This document shows positions 1 to 7,868 of a DNA stretch of 31,113 bases, in pieces. Each line of letters begins with the position of its first letter. Positions within the stretch are counted from its first letter, which is position 1. Made by a program: the position numbers and the translations under genes. Under the pieces are notes generated by a model. That model saw only the letters and a list, made by a program, of their open reading frames with translations. It was not told where the DNA came from and searched no databases. Source of the stretch: a virus (Duplodnaviria; Caudoviricetes); the IMG/VR virus record IMGVR_UViG_3300020045_001862, positions 1 to 31,113 of that record; one strand, 5' to 3'.

Positions 1-348
1 TAGATGGCGAATTGGTGAGTAAATACTTACATTTTCTTTGCAAATTCCACGTTTGTACTGACGCACAGGCCGTCGAATAAATTCTAGTGCTAGTTTGTCT
101 GCATTAAATAGACGACGTTCTGGAAATGCACATACAATTCGCGTTTTTGTTTCATGTCGAAGTTTAATGTCAACATTTAACTCGTCTTTGAAGTAGTGGA
201 AGTTATCGTGAAATTGTTTATACATGACAACTGTTTCTGTTCCATCTTCTTTGATGAGAATTAAATATGTATTTTCATATTTTTTTCTCATTTCGTCAAT
301 TGCCATGTCTTTATTAAAAGAATCTGTTAGTTCATTCCAAATATCCAT
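1..348 (-). CDS. Conserved phage hypothetical protein, 3'-truncated by window edge; paralog of 12593..13246
   Basis: Manual translation MDIWNELTDSFNKDMAIDEMRKKYENTYL...FPERRLFN aligns with MDIWNELTDSFNREMAIDEMKKKYENTHL...FPERRLFN at 12593. Confidence 0.85.
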   Translation of the reverse strand, partial: MDIWNELTDSFNKDMAIDEMRKKYENTYLILIKEDGTETVVMYKQFHDNFHYFKDELNVDIKLRHETKTRIVCAFPERRLFNADKLALEFIRRPVRQYKRGICKENVSIYSPIRHL

Positions 349-351
349 TGT

Positions 352-1122
352 TTACACCGCATATAGTTGATGAAGTTGTTGATATGCTTTGTTGTTATTG
401 TTATTAATGCAGTCTTTGATAAGATCTCCATGACCGACCGGGATCTCTTTGCCTGAGTGGACAAATTCTAGAGCTTTTGCAGTACCTGTATAAGCCCATT
501 CAATGAGTTTGTCACTGAAAATCCAGAAGTTAGACAAAGTGCGGTATTCCACACCATATGTTTTTGGGCGGAAAGCTCCTGCTCCACCGTAGAGTTTTCG
601 TCGAAGAGTACCAGCATCAAGTTGTGTAGAAGGGACACCAAGGAAAAGATCCATAGCACGGATGACGTTAACAGGATCAGCGATAGCCAAATCAGAACCA
701 ACATGAATGTGTCCTCCAGTTGAGCGTAGGTTTTTGTCTTCTGCTTGAGGTTTTGGATTTTCTTCCATTGTCCATGCGTTGTAGTCGGGATCACATCCAA
801 ATACCCACGCTTGTTCGCAGTTTAGTTCTTCTGTTGGGAAACTAACTGCTGAAGATGTATTATATTGTAGATTGGATGGAAGAATTTCTTTTACCATTTG
901 CATGGTATGTTGTACTTCTTGTTTAAATTCTTCGAATGAATTGCATGGAGGAATGTTGAATTCTACTGCAACATTGTCTTCTAGGCAAGCATGACCGTCC
1001 TTGGTTAACATACGAGGAATCCATTTGTCACCACCGAGTAGGCCAATGGCAGACTTGAATTTTCCAGCTTCATCAACAAGGAACAGCTCCGGGTCTGCAC
1101 CTATGGTAAATTTAATTGACAT
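352..1122 (-). CDS. phiEco32-like COOH-NH2 ligase type 2 (glutamine synthetase fold), left copy
   Basis: Motifs TIGADPELF, EDNVAVEFN, FGCDPD, RSTGGHIHVG, GAFRPK.YG.EYRTLSNFW; start moved to ATG 1122 (MSIKF) behind GAGGAG; paralog of 11823..12590. Confidence 0.85.
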   Translation of the reverse strand: MSIKFTIGADPELFLVDEAGKFKSAIGLLGGDKWIPRMLTKDGHACLEDNVAVEFNIPPCNSFEEFKQEVQHTMQMVKEILPSNLQYNTSSAVSFPTEELNCEQAWVFGCDPDYNAWTMEENPKPQAEDKNLRSTGGHIHVGSDLAIADPVNVIRAMDLFLGVPSTQLDAGTLRRKLYGGAGAFRPKTYGVEYRTLSNFWIFSDKLIEWAYTGTAKALEFVHSGKEIPVGHGDLIKDCINNNNNKAYQQLHQLYAV

Positions 1123-1561
1123 CTTTCCAACTCCTCTTATGAAGAGCGTCCCATATACAATGTTTGGAGACACTCAATTCAGTTGATAATTCAATAATAG
1201 ATTTATTAGATGTTCGGATATATCTAACTTTATCTGGGTTTAGTAGTGCTGTGATTTTACGTTTTCCTACATTGGTTCCCAATTTGATTTGATCTTGAAT
1301 GTTATCATATTGAGTTCCTTGTCTAAGGTGAAGAGGATTCACACAAGAAGGGTTATGGCAGTTATGTAGAATGTAATGACCGTCCTTTATATCACCATGA
1401 TAAAGTAACCAACTAACACGATGTGCAGCAATCTTTTTTGTGTTAATTGCCCCTATTCCATAACCATTTTTATCTAAACATCCTGTCCATAACCAACACT
1501 CATCAGTTATATAAACATGCTCATGAAAGTTATGTAGAGGGTCATTCCATTTACTAGCCAT
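1112..1561 (-). CDS. HNH homing endonuclease
   Basis: CWLWTG...GYG...AHRVSW...HNCHNPSCVNPLHL HNH motif with C-terminal HTH-like tail; absent from the right-arm copy. Confidence 0.85.
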   Translation of the reverse strand: MASKWNDPLHNFHEHVYITDECWLWTGCLDKNGYGIGAINTKKIAAHRVSWLLYHGDIKDGHYILHNCHNPSCVNPLHLRQGTQYDNIQDQIKLGTNVGKRKITALLNPDKVRYIRTSNKSIIELSTELSVSKHCIWDALHKRSWKDVN

Positions 1562-1589
1562 ATTCACAACCGATAGTGAACTTGTTCAT
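1554..1589 (-). pseudogene. Orphaned 5' end of the COOH-NH2 ligase gene (MNKFTIGCEYG*)
   Basis: AAGGAAAATAA-ATG then MNKFTIGC, identical to the first 8 residues of the intact ligase at 11823 (MNKFTIGCDPELF). Confidence 0.75.
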
Positions 1590-1598
1590 TTATTTTCC

Positions 1599-2126
1599 TT
1601 AGAAGGTTTCTAAATTGAGAGAAGAGTTGATGCTGTTTAATTTAGTTATGTCATTGTTGTTGTGGTTTGTGGGATAGGTTGTGTTAAATGTTTTATAGGT
1701 GTTAATGATTGGATTGGGTACTTTAAGAATTCCTGTAATCATGTACATGTCAGATGTTGGTTCTCGATTGCTTTTTTGTACGTGTAGTCCGGCAATAGGG
1801 AACTTTTTAAGTTCTTTAATCCATTCTGGTAATACTGAAAGGGATTGTTTAATTGTGAATAGACACGAAATTCGTGCGTTGATGGACATATACTCTTGAA
1901 TAATATTAAATGCTTTGTTTACTTCCTTTAGTTGTAAATACTCAAGATATGCAGTACAAGCAGTACAATCCCCTCGAACGGATGTTAAATCTACTCGAAA
2001 ATTTGACTTTGGTAGAGGCATTATAGTGTACACAGATTCAAGTTTGCCTACGTAGATTTTATCTGTGCTATGTCTTTTAGCAAACAAGTCGTCTGCTGTT
2101 GAATTGCATCCATAAGGTAGTCCCAT
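1599..2126 (-). CDS. Hypothetical protein; paralog of 11279..11812
   Basis: Start MGLPYGC overlaps upstream stop (TAATG); shares RGDCT.CTAYLEYLQL and LKKFPIAGLHVQKSNREP with the right copy. Confidence 0.8.
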   Translation of the reverse strand: MGLPYGCNSTADDLFAKRHSTDKIYVGKLESVYTIMPLPKSNFRVDLTSVRGDCTACTAYLEYLQLKEVNKAFNIIQEYMSINARISCLFTIKQSLSVLPEWIKELKKFPIAGLHVQKSNREPTSDMYMITGILKVPNPIINTYKTFNTTYPTNHNNNDITKLNSINSSLNLETF

Positions 2127-2746
2127 TATGCGAACCTCGTAATAAGAATGTCTGAACACCATTTGACGAAGGCGTCTTTGCGATGCATCCACTCAGGATG
2201 CCCCTGAATTGCTAGTGTTTTGGTTTCAGTTAGAAGAGCTACTTCAGGAATAACCACCGATCTAACTTCTGTGTCTGTGTATACTTTTGTAGTGCGGTCT
2301 TTGTCCCATGCTAGAAGTTCGTGTTTAACATTTGATAAATTGAGTGCTTGATGGTGGCAGGATGATGTATGCATTGTATGACCGTCCCAAGTTTCAACTT
2401 CATGGTCTCCATGGTGTCCGCCTAGAATGTGTTGATACAATGTGCCACCAGACAAAGCACATGCGAGTTGTGCACCACGACACACACCAATAATAGGAAT
2501 ACCTAGTTTAACTGCTGCATTAAACATGTTAATTTCTAGTTGATCTCTGCGAGATGGTTTTTCTGGTGCACGTGCATGAATAACTCGTTGGTTATAAATA
2601 CTAGGAGAGATGTCTTCACCTCCCCATAGAATTAGCATACCATCTGTTGTGAGATCTTCTGGTTTATGTACGATTTTAATTTGGTCGAAAATTCCGAAAG
2701 GATCTCGTTCATGGAATCCCACACTAAATAGAGTTTTATGTTTCAT
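2126..2746 (-). CDS. Class I glutamine amidotransferase / peptidase C26 (gamma-glutamyl hydrolase-like), left copy
   Basis: LILWGGEDISP, GVCRGAQ nucleophile elbow, SSCHHQA, QGHPE triad; 206 aa from ATG 2746, same length as the right copy. Confidence 0.88.
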   Translation of the reverse strand: MKHKTLFSVGFHERDPFGIFDQIKIVHKPEDLTTDGMLILWGGEDISPSIYNQRVIHARAPEKPSRRDQLEINMFNAAVKLGIPIIGVCRGAQLACALSGGTLYQHILGGHHGDHEVETWDGHTMHTSSCHHQALNLSNVKHELLAWDKDRTTKVYTDTEVRSVVIPEVALLTETKTLAIQGHPEWMHRKDAFVKWCSDILITRFA

Positions 2747-2886
2747 AGAAGGCGCGGTCCAATTAAATAGCCTAATGTTCCTGCGAAAATCGCACTTACT
2801 AACCAATGAATATCTAGAAAATTTCCTATTTTTCCGATAAAATAACCAAGAAAGAATAGACAAAGCATTACAATTAAAGGTTTCAT
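2743..2886 (-). CDS. Small membrane protein (47 aa), left arm only
   Basis: Manual translation MKPLIVMLCLFFLGYFIGKIGNFLDIHWLVSAIFAGTLGYLIGPRLL*; ATGA overlaps at both ends; two hydrophobic stretches. Confidence 0.7.
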   Translation of the reverse strand: MKPLIVMLCLFFLGYFIGKIGNFLDIHWLVSAIFAGTLGYLIGPRLL

Positions 2887-3125
2887 AGTGGAACGATTTC
2901 TCCATTATCGTTTAAACGGTATTTTTGGTATGTTGGCATGGTTTTTAGTTTTTGTAGTTCGTGCAAACGATACACACAGATTGTATTTTGAGGCCAACTT
3001 CGTGCAAAATTAGGTAAGAATTTTCCTAATTCATATTCATCATTTGCCCACATTTGTTGGTCTTTGGTGAGTTTTCTATCCTCTGTTTCGTCTGTGTCAA
3101 TGCAAATTAGGAACATTTGAGTCAT
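2883..3125 (-). CDS. Hypothetical protein; paralog of 10426..10662
   Basis: Shared WP..T.CVY.L.ELQKLKT.PTYQKY...NGE motif. Confidence 0.8.
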   Translation of the reverse strand: MTQMFLICIDTDETEDRKLTKDQQMWANDEYELGKFLPNFARSWPQNTICVYRLHELQKLKTMPTYQKYRLNDNGEIVPL

Positions 3126-3341
3126 TTAAGTCACCTGTGTAGACAAGGTTTTAAAAATGTTTGGGGGCAGTTTTTTTCCGTGGACATGAGATAGAAACTT
3201 ACCTTTTGGATTTGATACAACTTTGAGTCGTGTATGGTTTTCCCACCCGGATTTGCCTGTAAAAATGTCTAGGAAATGACCGACCTTTTTAATTACAGTA
3301 TCTTGTCCTAGAGATTTGGGATATTTGTTAATGTCAAACAT
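3126..3341 (-). CDS. Hypothetical protein; paralog of 10210..10425
   Basis: Shared MF.I..Y.KSLGQD.V.KKVGH..D.F.GK.GW. Confidence 0.8.
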   Translation of the reverse strand: MFDINKYPKSLGQDTVIKKVGHFLDIFTGKSGWENHTRLKVVSNPKGKFLSHVHGKKLPPNIFKTLSTQVT

Positions 3342-3699
3342 TTGGTTGATCCTTTTTTACGAGGGTTGTGATATCTAGTTCGGCTAGTGAGTATTGAATG
3401 GGATGTCCTGGGAGAAAGACACTGTTTTTGCATTCAACTACACAAGGATTGCCTTGGTATTTTTGCATTCTGTCAAGTTGTTCAATGAAATTGATGATAA
3501 TAACTGGTGATGTTTTGTTAGATTGAGTGTTGATCTTATCACCAATTGTGAAGATTTGTTTTGCTTTGTCTAGATCATACGCACAACGTTCTAACCATTT
3601 GGCACGTTCTTCTGGAGTTTCTGTTACTGCTTTTGTTTGAACGTGTGTTTGCCAAGATGGTACAGGTTCATCGTATAGTTTGATTTCGCCAGTAATCAT
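3334..3699 (-). CDS. Hypothetical protein; paralog of 9855..10217
   Basis: Shared MITGEIKLYDE, WL.RC..DLDKAK, MQKYQG.PC. Confidence 0.8.
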   Translation of the reverse strand: MITGEIKLYDEPVPSWQTHVQTKAVTETPEERAKWLERCAYDLDKAKQIFTIGDKINTQSNKTSPVIIINFIEQLDRMQKYQGNPCVVECKNSVFLPGHPIQYSLAELDITTLVKKDQPNV

Positions 3700-3812
3700 T
3701 TTGTAATCCAGTTCCAAAAAATGACTGAACCTGCAAATAGGTTAAATAAGACAACTAGATACAGTGAGATCGCAATACCTAGTTTAAAGGTTTCTTTATC
3801 TGATGAGTTCAT
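3696..3812 (-). CDS. Small single-TM protein (38 aa), left arm only
   Basis: AGGAG RBS; MNSSDKETFKLGIAISLYLVVLFNLFAGSVIFWNWITK*; ATGA overlap with next gene. Confidence 0.65.
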   Translation of the reverse strand: MNSSDKETFKLGIAISLYLVVLFNLFAGSVIFWNWITK

Positions 3813-3868
3813 TGCCGACTCCTATAGGCGGAGGTTAATCGAAGTGACGTGTTTAGTCGTCGGGATGG

Positions 3869-4117
3869 TTAGCGAATGCGTTCCATTCGCCAAATTATTA
3901 GGTTTTGTGCATCATCTGGGTTGATTGTTTCTACCCACTCACCTTCTGTTAATTCCATTTCACCTGTACGACAGATTTCACCAAGTGCTTCGGCGAGCCC
4001 TTCGTCTGGGTTGGGTGTGCAATTGGCTTGTGTTTTGGTTAGGAACATTGTTTCACCAATGCGATCATCTTTGTGTTGATACCCAAAGACAATATCACCA
4101 ATTTCAGGTAGTTTCAT
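3869..4117 (-). CDS. Hypothetical protein; paralog of 9307..9552
   Basis: Shared IG.IVFG.QH..DR.GETMFL, EAL.E.CRTGEM, NLI.W.M.RIR. Confidence 0.8.
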   Translation of the reverse strand: MKLPEIGDIVFGYQHKDDRIGETMFLTKTQANCTPNPDEGLAEALGEICRTGEMELTEGEWVETINPDDAQNLIIWRMERIR

Positions 4118-4446
4118 AGTTTCACCATTGTTCCTTGATCTGAGTACCAGACTTCAGTTGGTTGATATGCAGTAAATGCTTCTTGACAAATTGGACAAGG
4201 TTTAGCACATACCAATTCACCGTTATTTCCATAACGAAAGATCATTAGTTTGTGAATTTGTTTGTCTTTGCATCGCAGCATACATAGGATTTCTGCATGT
4301 GCGAAGGGTTGGTGTGGATGACCGACCTTATTTGCGTAATATGCTTGGATTGGGTGGGTTTTTGTATAACTGTTAGTGGCAACAGCCAACAATCTACCGC
4401 GTTTGTCAAAGGCATGAGCAATTACTACATATCGTTTTTTAGCCAT
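4114..4446 (-). CDS. Zn-dependent cytidine/dCMP deaminase-like protein, left copy
   Basis: HAE...PCPIC deaminase signature; 10 differences in 110 aa from 8790..9122 by manual alignment. Confidence 0.8.
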   Translation of the reverse strand: MAKKRYVVIAHAFDKRGRLLAVATNSYTKTHPIQAYYANKVGHPHQPFAHAEILCMLRCKDKQIHKLMIFRYGNNGELVCAKPCPICQEAFTAYQPTEVWYSDQGTMVKL

Positions 4447-4613
4447 TATTTTTTGATCGTGTGTTCTTTGTTACAAACAGTACAACGTACTACACGAGTG
4501 GTGGTGGTGATGTCTTTGGTGGTAGGATTACATACACGAACATTGTTTCCATAGTGTTTGTCTTGAAATGTGTGTTTGCAGGTGCAAAATTGTTTACTTG
4601 TGTTCATTGACAT
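4446..4613 (-). CDS. Small Cys-rich (Zn-ribbon) protein, 55 aa; paralog of 8626..8790
   Basis: Manual translation MSMNTSKQFCTCKHTFQDKHYGNNVRVCNPT...RCTVCNKEHTIKK*; RBS AGGA; TAATG overlap. Confidence 0.75.
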   Translation of the reverse strand: MSMNTSKQFCTCKHTFQDKHYGNNVRVCNPTTKDITTTTRVVRCTVCNKEHTIKK

Positions 4614-4673
4614 GTTGTTTTCCTAGTAGATAGTGTGTAGATGTTTGAAGGAAGATGTGGATAATTTCAGGTG

Positions 4674-4970
4674 TCAAGCGAATTCCTTTTGATAACCGTT
4701 TTGTGCGTTTGAGATGAATGTTTTTTCGTCAATTTCTGGACATTCTTGGTAGTATTCATTGGACAACATACGACCAGCAGCTTTCATACGACCAACATGC
4801 TTGTTGTACATATCTTTGATATTGCATTTGGCTGCTGCCCAACCAACAACTTTGAATGATTCGTTGATGGCGTAGGCAATGGTCATACCTCCGTGAGGTT
4901 TGATGGAACCATCTTTGTTGATGTTGCGACAATGAACAAACTTGATGTTGGATTGTGGACGAGTTTTCAT
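4674..4970 (-). CDS. Hypothetical protein; paralog of 8259..8564
   Basis: Shared SNIKF.HCRN.NK.G.I.P.GG.TIAY, FKVVGWAAAKC, YNK.VGRMK..GR; GGAG RBS before ATG 4970. Confidence 0.82.
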   Translation of the reverse strand: MKTRPQSNIKFVHCRNINKDGSIKPHGGMTIAYAINESFKVVGWAAAKCNIKDMYNKHVGRMKAAGRMLSNEYYQECPEIDEKTFISNAQNGYQKEFA

Positions 4971-4971
4971 G

Positions 4972-5178
4972 TTAATTCTCCAGTGTGATTGAACCATTAA
5001 AATCTTTGAGTTCGTTGGTAGGAAGATGGTCACTATAAAAACCTAAATATTTTGGTGTATTTGTGTGGATACATACACCAATAGTTTCGCTTATCATTAG
5101 AAAAATATTGTTGTTGTTTGCAATTTGTAATTTTGGAAATTTGACATTCGTTTTTTCATTTGATTTGACGGATTTCAT
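4972..5178 (-). CDS. Hypothetical protein
   Basis: 68 aa ORF with AAGGA RBS, packed in operon. Confidence 0.65.
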   Translation of the reverse strand: MKSVKSNEKTNVKFPKLQIANNNNIFLMISETIGVCIHTNTPKYLGFYSDHLPTNELKDFNGSITLEN

Positions 5179-5188
5179 GATTGTATCC

Positions 5189-5287
5189 TTAGAAATATTG
5201 GATGGTGATTACTTCGTAGGAACTAACAGTGGTGATTGATATTAAGTCCCATGTGTTAGTTTTTGGGTTGAATTCTTTGACGATCAT
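5189..5287 (-). CDS. Possible small hypothetical protein (MIVKEFNPK...)
   Basis: Fills the gap in the operon; start uncertain. Confidence 0.4.
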   Translation of the reverse strand: MIVKEFNPKTNTWDLISITTVSSYEVITIQYF

Positions 5288-5639
5288 TCGTGACCGACCT
5301 TTCATTATTAGGATTTGTGATAAAGATTTTTGGGGAATATAGATTTCCTCTTTTTTGACACTCTGCAAGGCAATCTGCATATCCTGCATCATACCCGTCA
5401 TCAAACATTTCTGCCATATTATCTTTTCGTTTTAACATAGTGGGCCAATCAACTTGCTCTAATTTTGGCAGTGTTCTGTTAGGTTTTGTTTTTATTTGTT
5501 CTTTCAAATACGTTGGTTCATGTAGACAGCTTTTTTTATGTTTTACTTTATGTTCACATTTTTTGCATGAATCTTTTTTAGTGGTGCGTGCTGTTCCAAC
5601 ATGTTGATCTCTTCCAGATAGGTAATTTCTTATGTTCAT
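5256..5639 (-). CDS. Hypothetical protein, first gene of leftward unit
   Basis: Strong AAGGAGG RBS; basic N-terminal half; may have an internal start at MAEMFDDGY. Confidence 0.6.
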   Translation of the reverse strand: MNIRNYLSGRDQHVGTARTTKKDSCKKCEHKVKHKKSCLHEPTYLKEQIKTKPNRTLPKLEQVDWPTMLKRKDNMAEMFDDGYDAGYADCLAECQKRGNLYSPKIFITNPNNERSVTNDRQRIQPKN

Positions 5640-5745
5640 TATTTGCCTCCTTTTGGTATGGTTATTTCAATTTGAATCTCCAATTGAAAATTAGTACCAT
5701 ATTGTTGTATTCTCTTTCCTTCTCTACAATCCTCAGCAAGCTATC

Positions 5746-5816
5746 ACAATCGCTCTCAGTTGAACGATCGTCAGGTTGGGTATACCTGCATATACCTAAC
5801 ACAATACAATCGCTCT
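5746..5816. repeat. Direct repeat ACAATCGCTCT x2
   Basis: Copies at 5746..5756 and 5806..5816, 60 bp apart, in non-coding DNA. Confidence 0.6.
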
Positions 5817-5877
5817 AAGAGCTTTCTATGCATTCTATTAGCATCGCTTTTGTCAGTTCAGTGCTTTGCTGTTTAAC

Positions 5878-6038
5878 GGACAATACTTCACTGTGCTTGT
5901 CAGTCAAGGGCTTGTTCGCCAAACGTTAGTATCACTCTATCTCTTAAACGAAGAATGAAATGATGAGGTGAGTTGACGACAGCTCAACGAACAAGACTAC
6001 TCCCTTGACAGCCAATGCTCATTACGTAATCATTGTCC
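5878..6038. promoter_or_regulatory. Imperfect inverted repeat with divergent promoter-like elements
   Basis: Minus strand CGAACAAG-CCCTTGACT-16nt-TATTGTCC; plus strand CGAACAAG-actact-CCCTTGACA...CATTGTCC; the -10 match on + is poor. Confidence 0.55.
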
Positions 6039-6080
6039 TACAGCAAGTCGCTGTTCTCTTTTTTTTGATTGGAGTTTGAT

Positions 6081-6167
6081 ATGGCTACGAAATTACTTGA
6101 CTGGTTGGTTGTTGTTATGATAACCTTCGTTTGTCTCGTTGTTCCTACTTTGATTGAAAGGATCTAA
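6081..6167 (+). CDS. Small hydrophobic peptide (28 aa)
   Basis: GGAG RBS; MATKLLDWLVVVMITFVCLVVPTLIERI*. Confidence 0.55.
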   Translation: MATKLLDWLVVVMITFVCLVVPTLIERI

Positions 6168-6168
6168 C

Positions 6169-6366
6169 ATGTTCCACGTATCCGCAGGTAAGTTCGATGG
6201 TGATGAACGCAATTGCAAATATTGTGATTCTTTCGACTCATTGGATAAAGCCATCGTTGCTTACATTCAATACTCCGATTATCATTGGTGTGAACTTGTC
6301 TATCAAGGCAAAGACAACACCTACTGGATTATGAATCCTTACCCACAACCTGCAAATCTCCGCTGA
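6169..6366 (+). CDS. Hypothetical early protein
   Basis: AAAGGA RBS before ATG 6169 (MFHVSAGK). Confidence 0.65.
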   Translation: MFHVSAGKFDGDERNCKYCDSFDSLDKAIVAYIQYSDYHWCELVYQGKDNTYWIMNPYPQPANLR

Positions 6367-6374
6367 TATATCCT

Positions 6375-6448
6375 ATACACACTTGGTCTCAGTCTCAAGG
6401 CTTCTCAGAGCCGTGCGAAGCAGGTGTGTATGTGATGCATCGTGCATC
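6375..6448 (+). other. Putative structured RNA leader or processing site
   Basis: ATACACACTTG (6375-6385) pairs with CAGGTGTGTAT (6421-6431), enclosing GGCTT-ctca-GAGCC; followed by GATGCA-tcg-TGCATC hairpin. Confidence 0.45.
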
Positions 6449-6483
6449 TTATAAACCAAACCATTCCTACTAAGGAGCTTCAA

Positions 6484-7479
6484 ATGTCTTTCATCTCTTC
6501 TATCCGTATCTCCCTTGCCAACCTCATCGGTGGTGAACAAATCGCTAAACGTAATCATCTGTCTGAGCAGGTGCTCTCCCAACTGGTTCAACCCTCTGGC
6601 CGTAAGGTTGCAGAGATCATGGACAAGCAGTACAGCACAGCCGAAGACAAACAGTTGGTAGCTGGTAAGTTCTACGTCATGGATCTTACTCGTCTTAGTT
6701 CTGAGCGAGTGCGTGATGCTATTGCTTCGCTTGGTTGCTGGTCTGCGATTGCACGTTCCTTCTCCGAGTACGAGCGTACGGTCGGTCATAAGCACATGTC
6801 CGATACAAAGCTCACTGCTCTGGTTGATGAGTTCCATGCTTGGAATGCCTCTTCCTCTGCACGTGGTTACATGGGCACGGATCAGTTATTCGAAGCTGTT
6901 GCCAAGATGAGCGTGGTCAATGCTCCGAAAGGCAACAAGGAAACTGATGCCATTCTTGCTCGCGTAAAGAAATGCACGGTTGAGCAGATTCGTGCAGAAC
7001 GACTGGCGAAAGCTGAAACCAAGACCAAAGCCCGGATCGAACTGATCGAAGGCTTCGTTGCTCTGATTGAAGGTTATCAGGGTAACGACAGCGATGCACA
7101 CCACATGTCCTCTGCAAAGGCACTGGACAAGGCGCTGCATACCTTGGATTGGGTTGCAGGTTGGGATTCCAACAACCCGGCTGAACAAGCAGCAGAACTC
7201 CTTATGATTGAGGATGATATTCGCTTGATCCGTGAGTTGTCCAAGAGTGAGAAGCAAAACACCGAGGATTACGTTGACGGTGTCATGGCTTCAGACACCC
7301 TAGAGCGTAACATCAACGGTCTGGACAGCAATCGTCGGGCTGGTGAATCCGCCAAGGGGTACAAGGGCTACGAGCCGGAGCCGATGGAAGAGGTTCTCGA
7401 GCACTTTGCTGAACTCGAAGAGCAAGGCCGTCGCATCGAGGCAACTCCGCGCCGCCGTGTGATTAAACAAGCAGCGTAA
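6484..7479 (+). CDS. Large early protein of unknown function (331 aa)
   Basis: TAAGGAG RBS before MSFISS; visibly higher GC and strong codon bias (CGT, GCT, CTG); own terminator. Confidence 0.85.
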   Translation: MSFISSIRISLANLIGGEQIAKRNHLSEQVLSQLVQPSGRKVAEIMDKQYSTAEDKQLVAGKFYVMDLTRLSSERVRDAIASLGCWSAIARSFSEYERTVGHKHMSDTKLTALVDEFHAWNASSSARGYMGTDQLFEAVAKMSVVNAPKGNKETDAILARVKKCTVEQIRAERLAKAETKTKARIELIEGFVALIEGYQGNDSDAHHMSSAKALDKALHTLDWVAGWDSNNPAEQAAELLMIEDDIRLIRELSKSEKQNTEDYVDGVMASDTLERNINGLDSNRRAGESAKGYKGYEPEPMEEVLEHFAELEEQGRRIEATPRRRVIKQAA

Positions 7480-7490
7480 GTCAAAAGCAG

Positions 7491-7525
7491 GGCATGGTCG
7501 GGCATAACCGGCTGTGCCTTTTTTT
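7491..7525 (+). terminator. Rho-independent terminator
   Basis: GGCATGGTCGG-gcataa-CCGGCTGTGCC followed by T7. Confidence 0.8.
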
Positions 7526-7540
7526 ATGTACCTAAAGGTT

Positions 7541-7652
7541 CGAGCAAATGCTCGTGTTCGCAAGCTCACACAAAGGCAGGTAACACCATGCTGACAGGTG
7601 AATAAGGTCGGTCATGGGTAGGACACAGCCCTCAATGCGAAAAGCAAAGAGG
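7541..7652 (+). ncRNA. Putative structured intergenic RNA
   Basis: Consecutive hairpins CGAGCA-aa-TGCTCG; CCATG-CTGAC...GTCGG-t-CATGG; CCTC-aa-TGC-gaaaa-GCA-aa-GAGG; no credible + ORF. Confidence 0.35.
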
Positions 7653-7714
7653 ATACACCAATATGGTACGAACTTTTCAACAACTTTTCTCAACATAACA
7701 CATAAGGAATCATC

Positions 7715-7858
7715 ATGAAAACCAAGCAAGTGAAGAAACAAGAAGCCCAAGAACGCAACACAACTTGGAATCTCTTTTCCGATGCACAGAAACTCACCTT
7801 TCTTGCTAATCGTCCCGGAAAATGTGCCAAACAAATCGCTCGAATTCTTAACAAGTAA
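7715..7858 (+). CDS. Small basic hypothetical protein (47 aa)
   Basis: TAAGGA RBS; MKTKQVKKQEAQERNTTWNLFSDAQKL...ARILNK*. Confidence 0.7.
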   Translation: MKTKQVKKQEAQERNTTWNLFSDAQKLTFLANRPGKCAKQIARILNK

Positions 7859-7868
7859 AGGAAACATC

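Noticed and set aside
1112-1589. Group I intron carrying the HNH
   Set aside because: No non-coding space for the intron core; the HNH ORF fills the interval and the downstream ligase has its own RBS and start
1-5033. Perfect inverted repeat from a sequencing or amplification fold-back
   Set aside because: The arms differ by many synonymous and non-synonymous changes and by gene content; a chimera of two related phages remains possible
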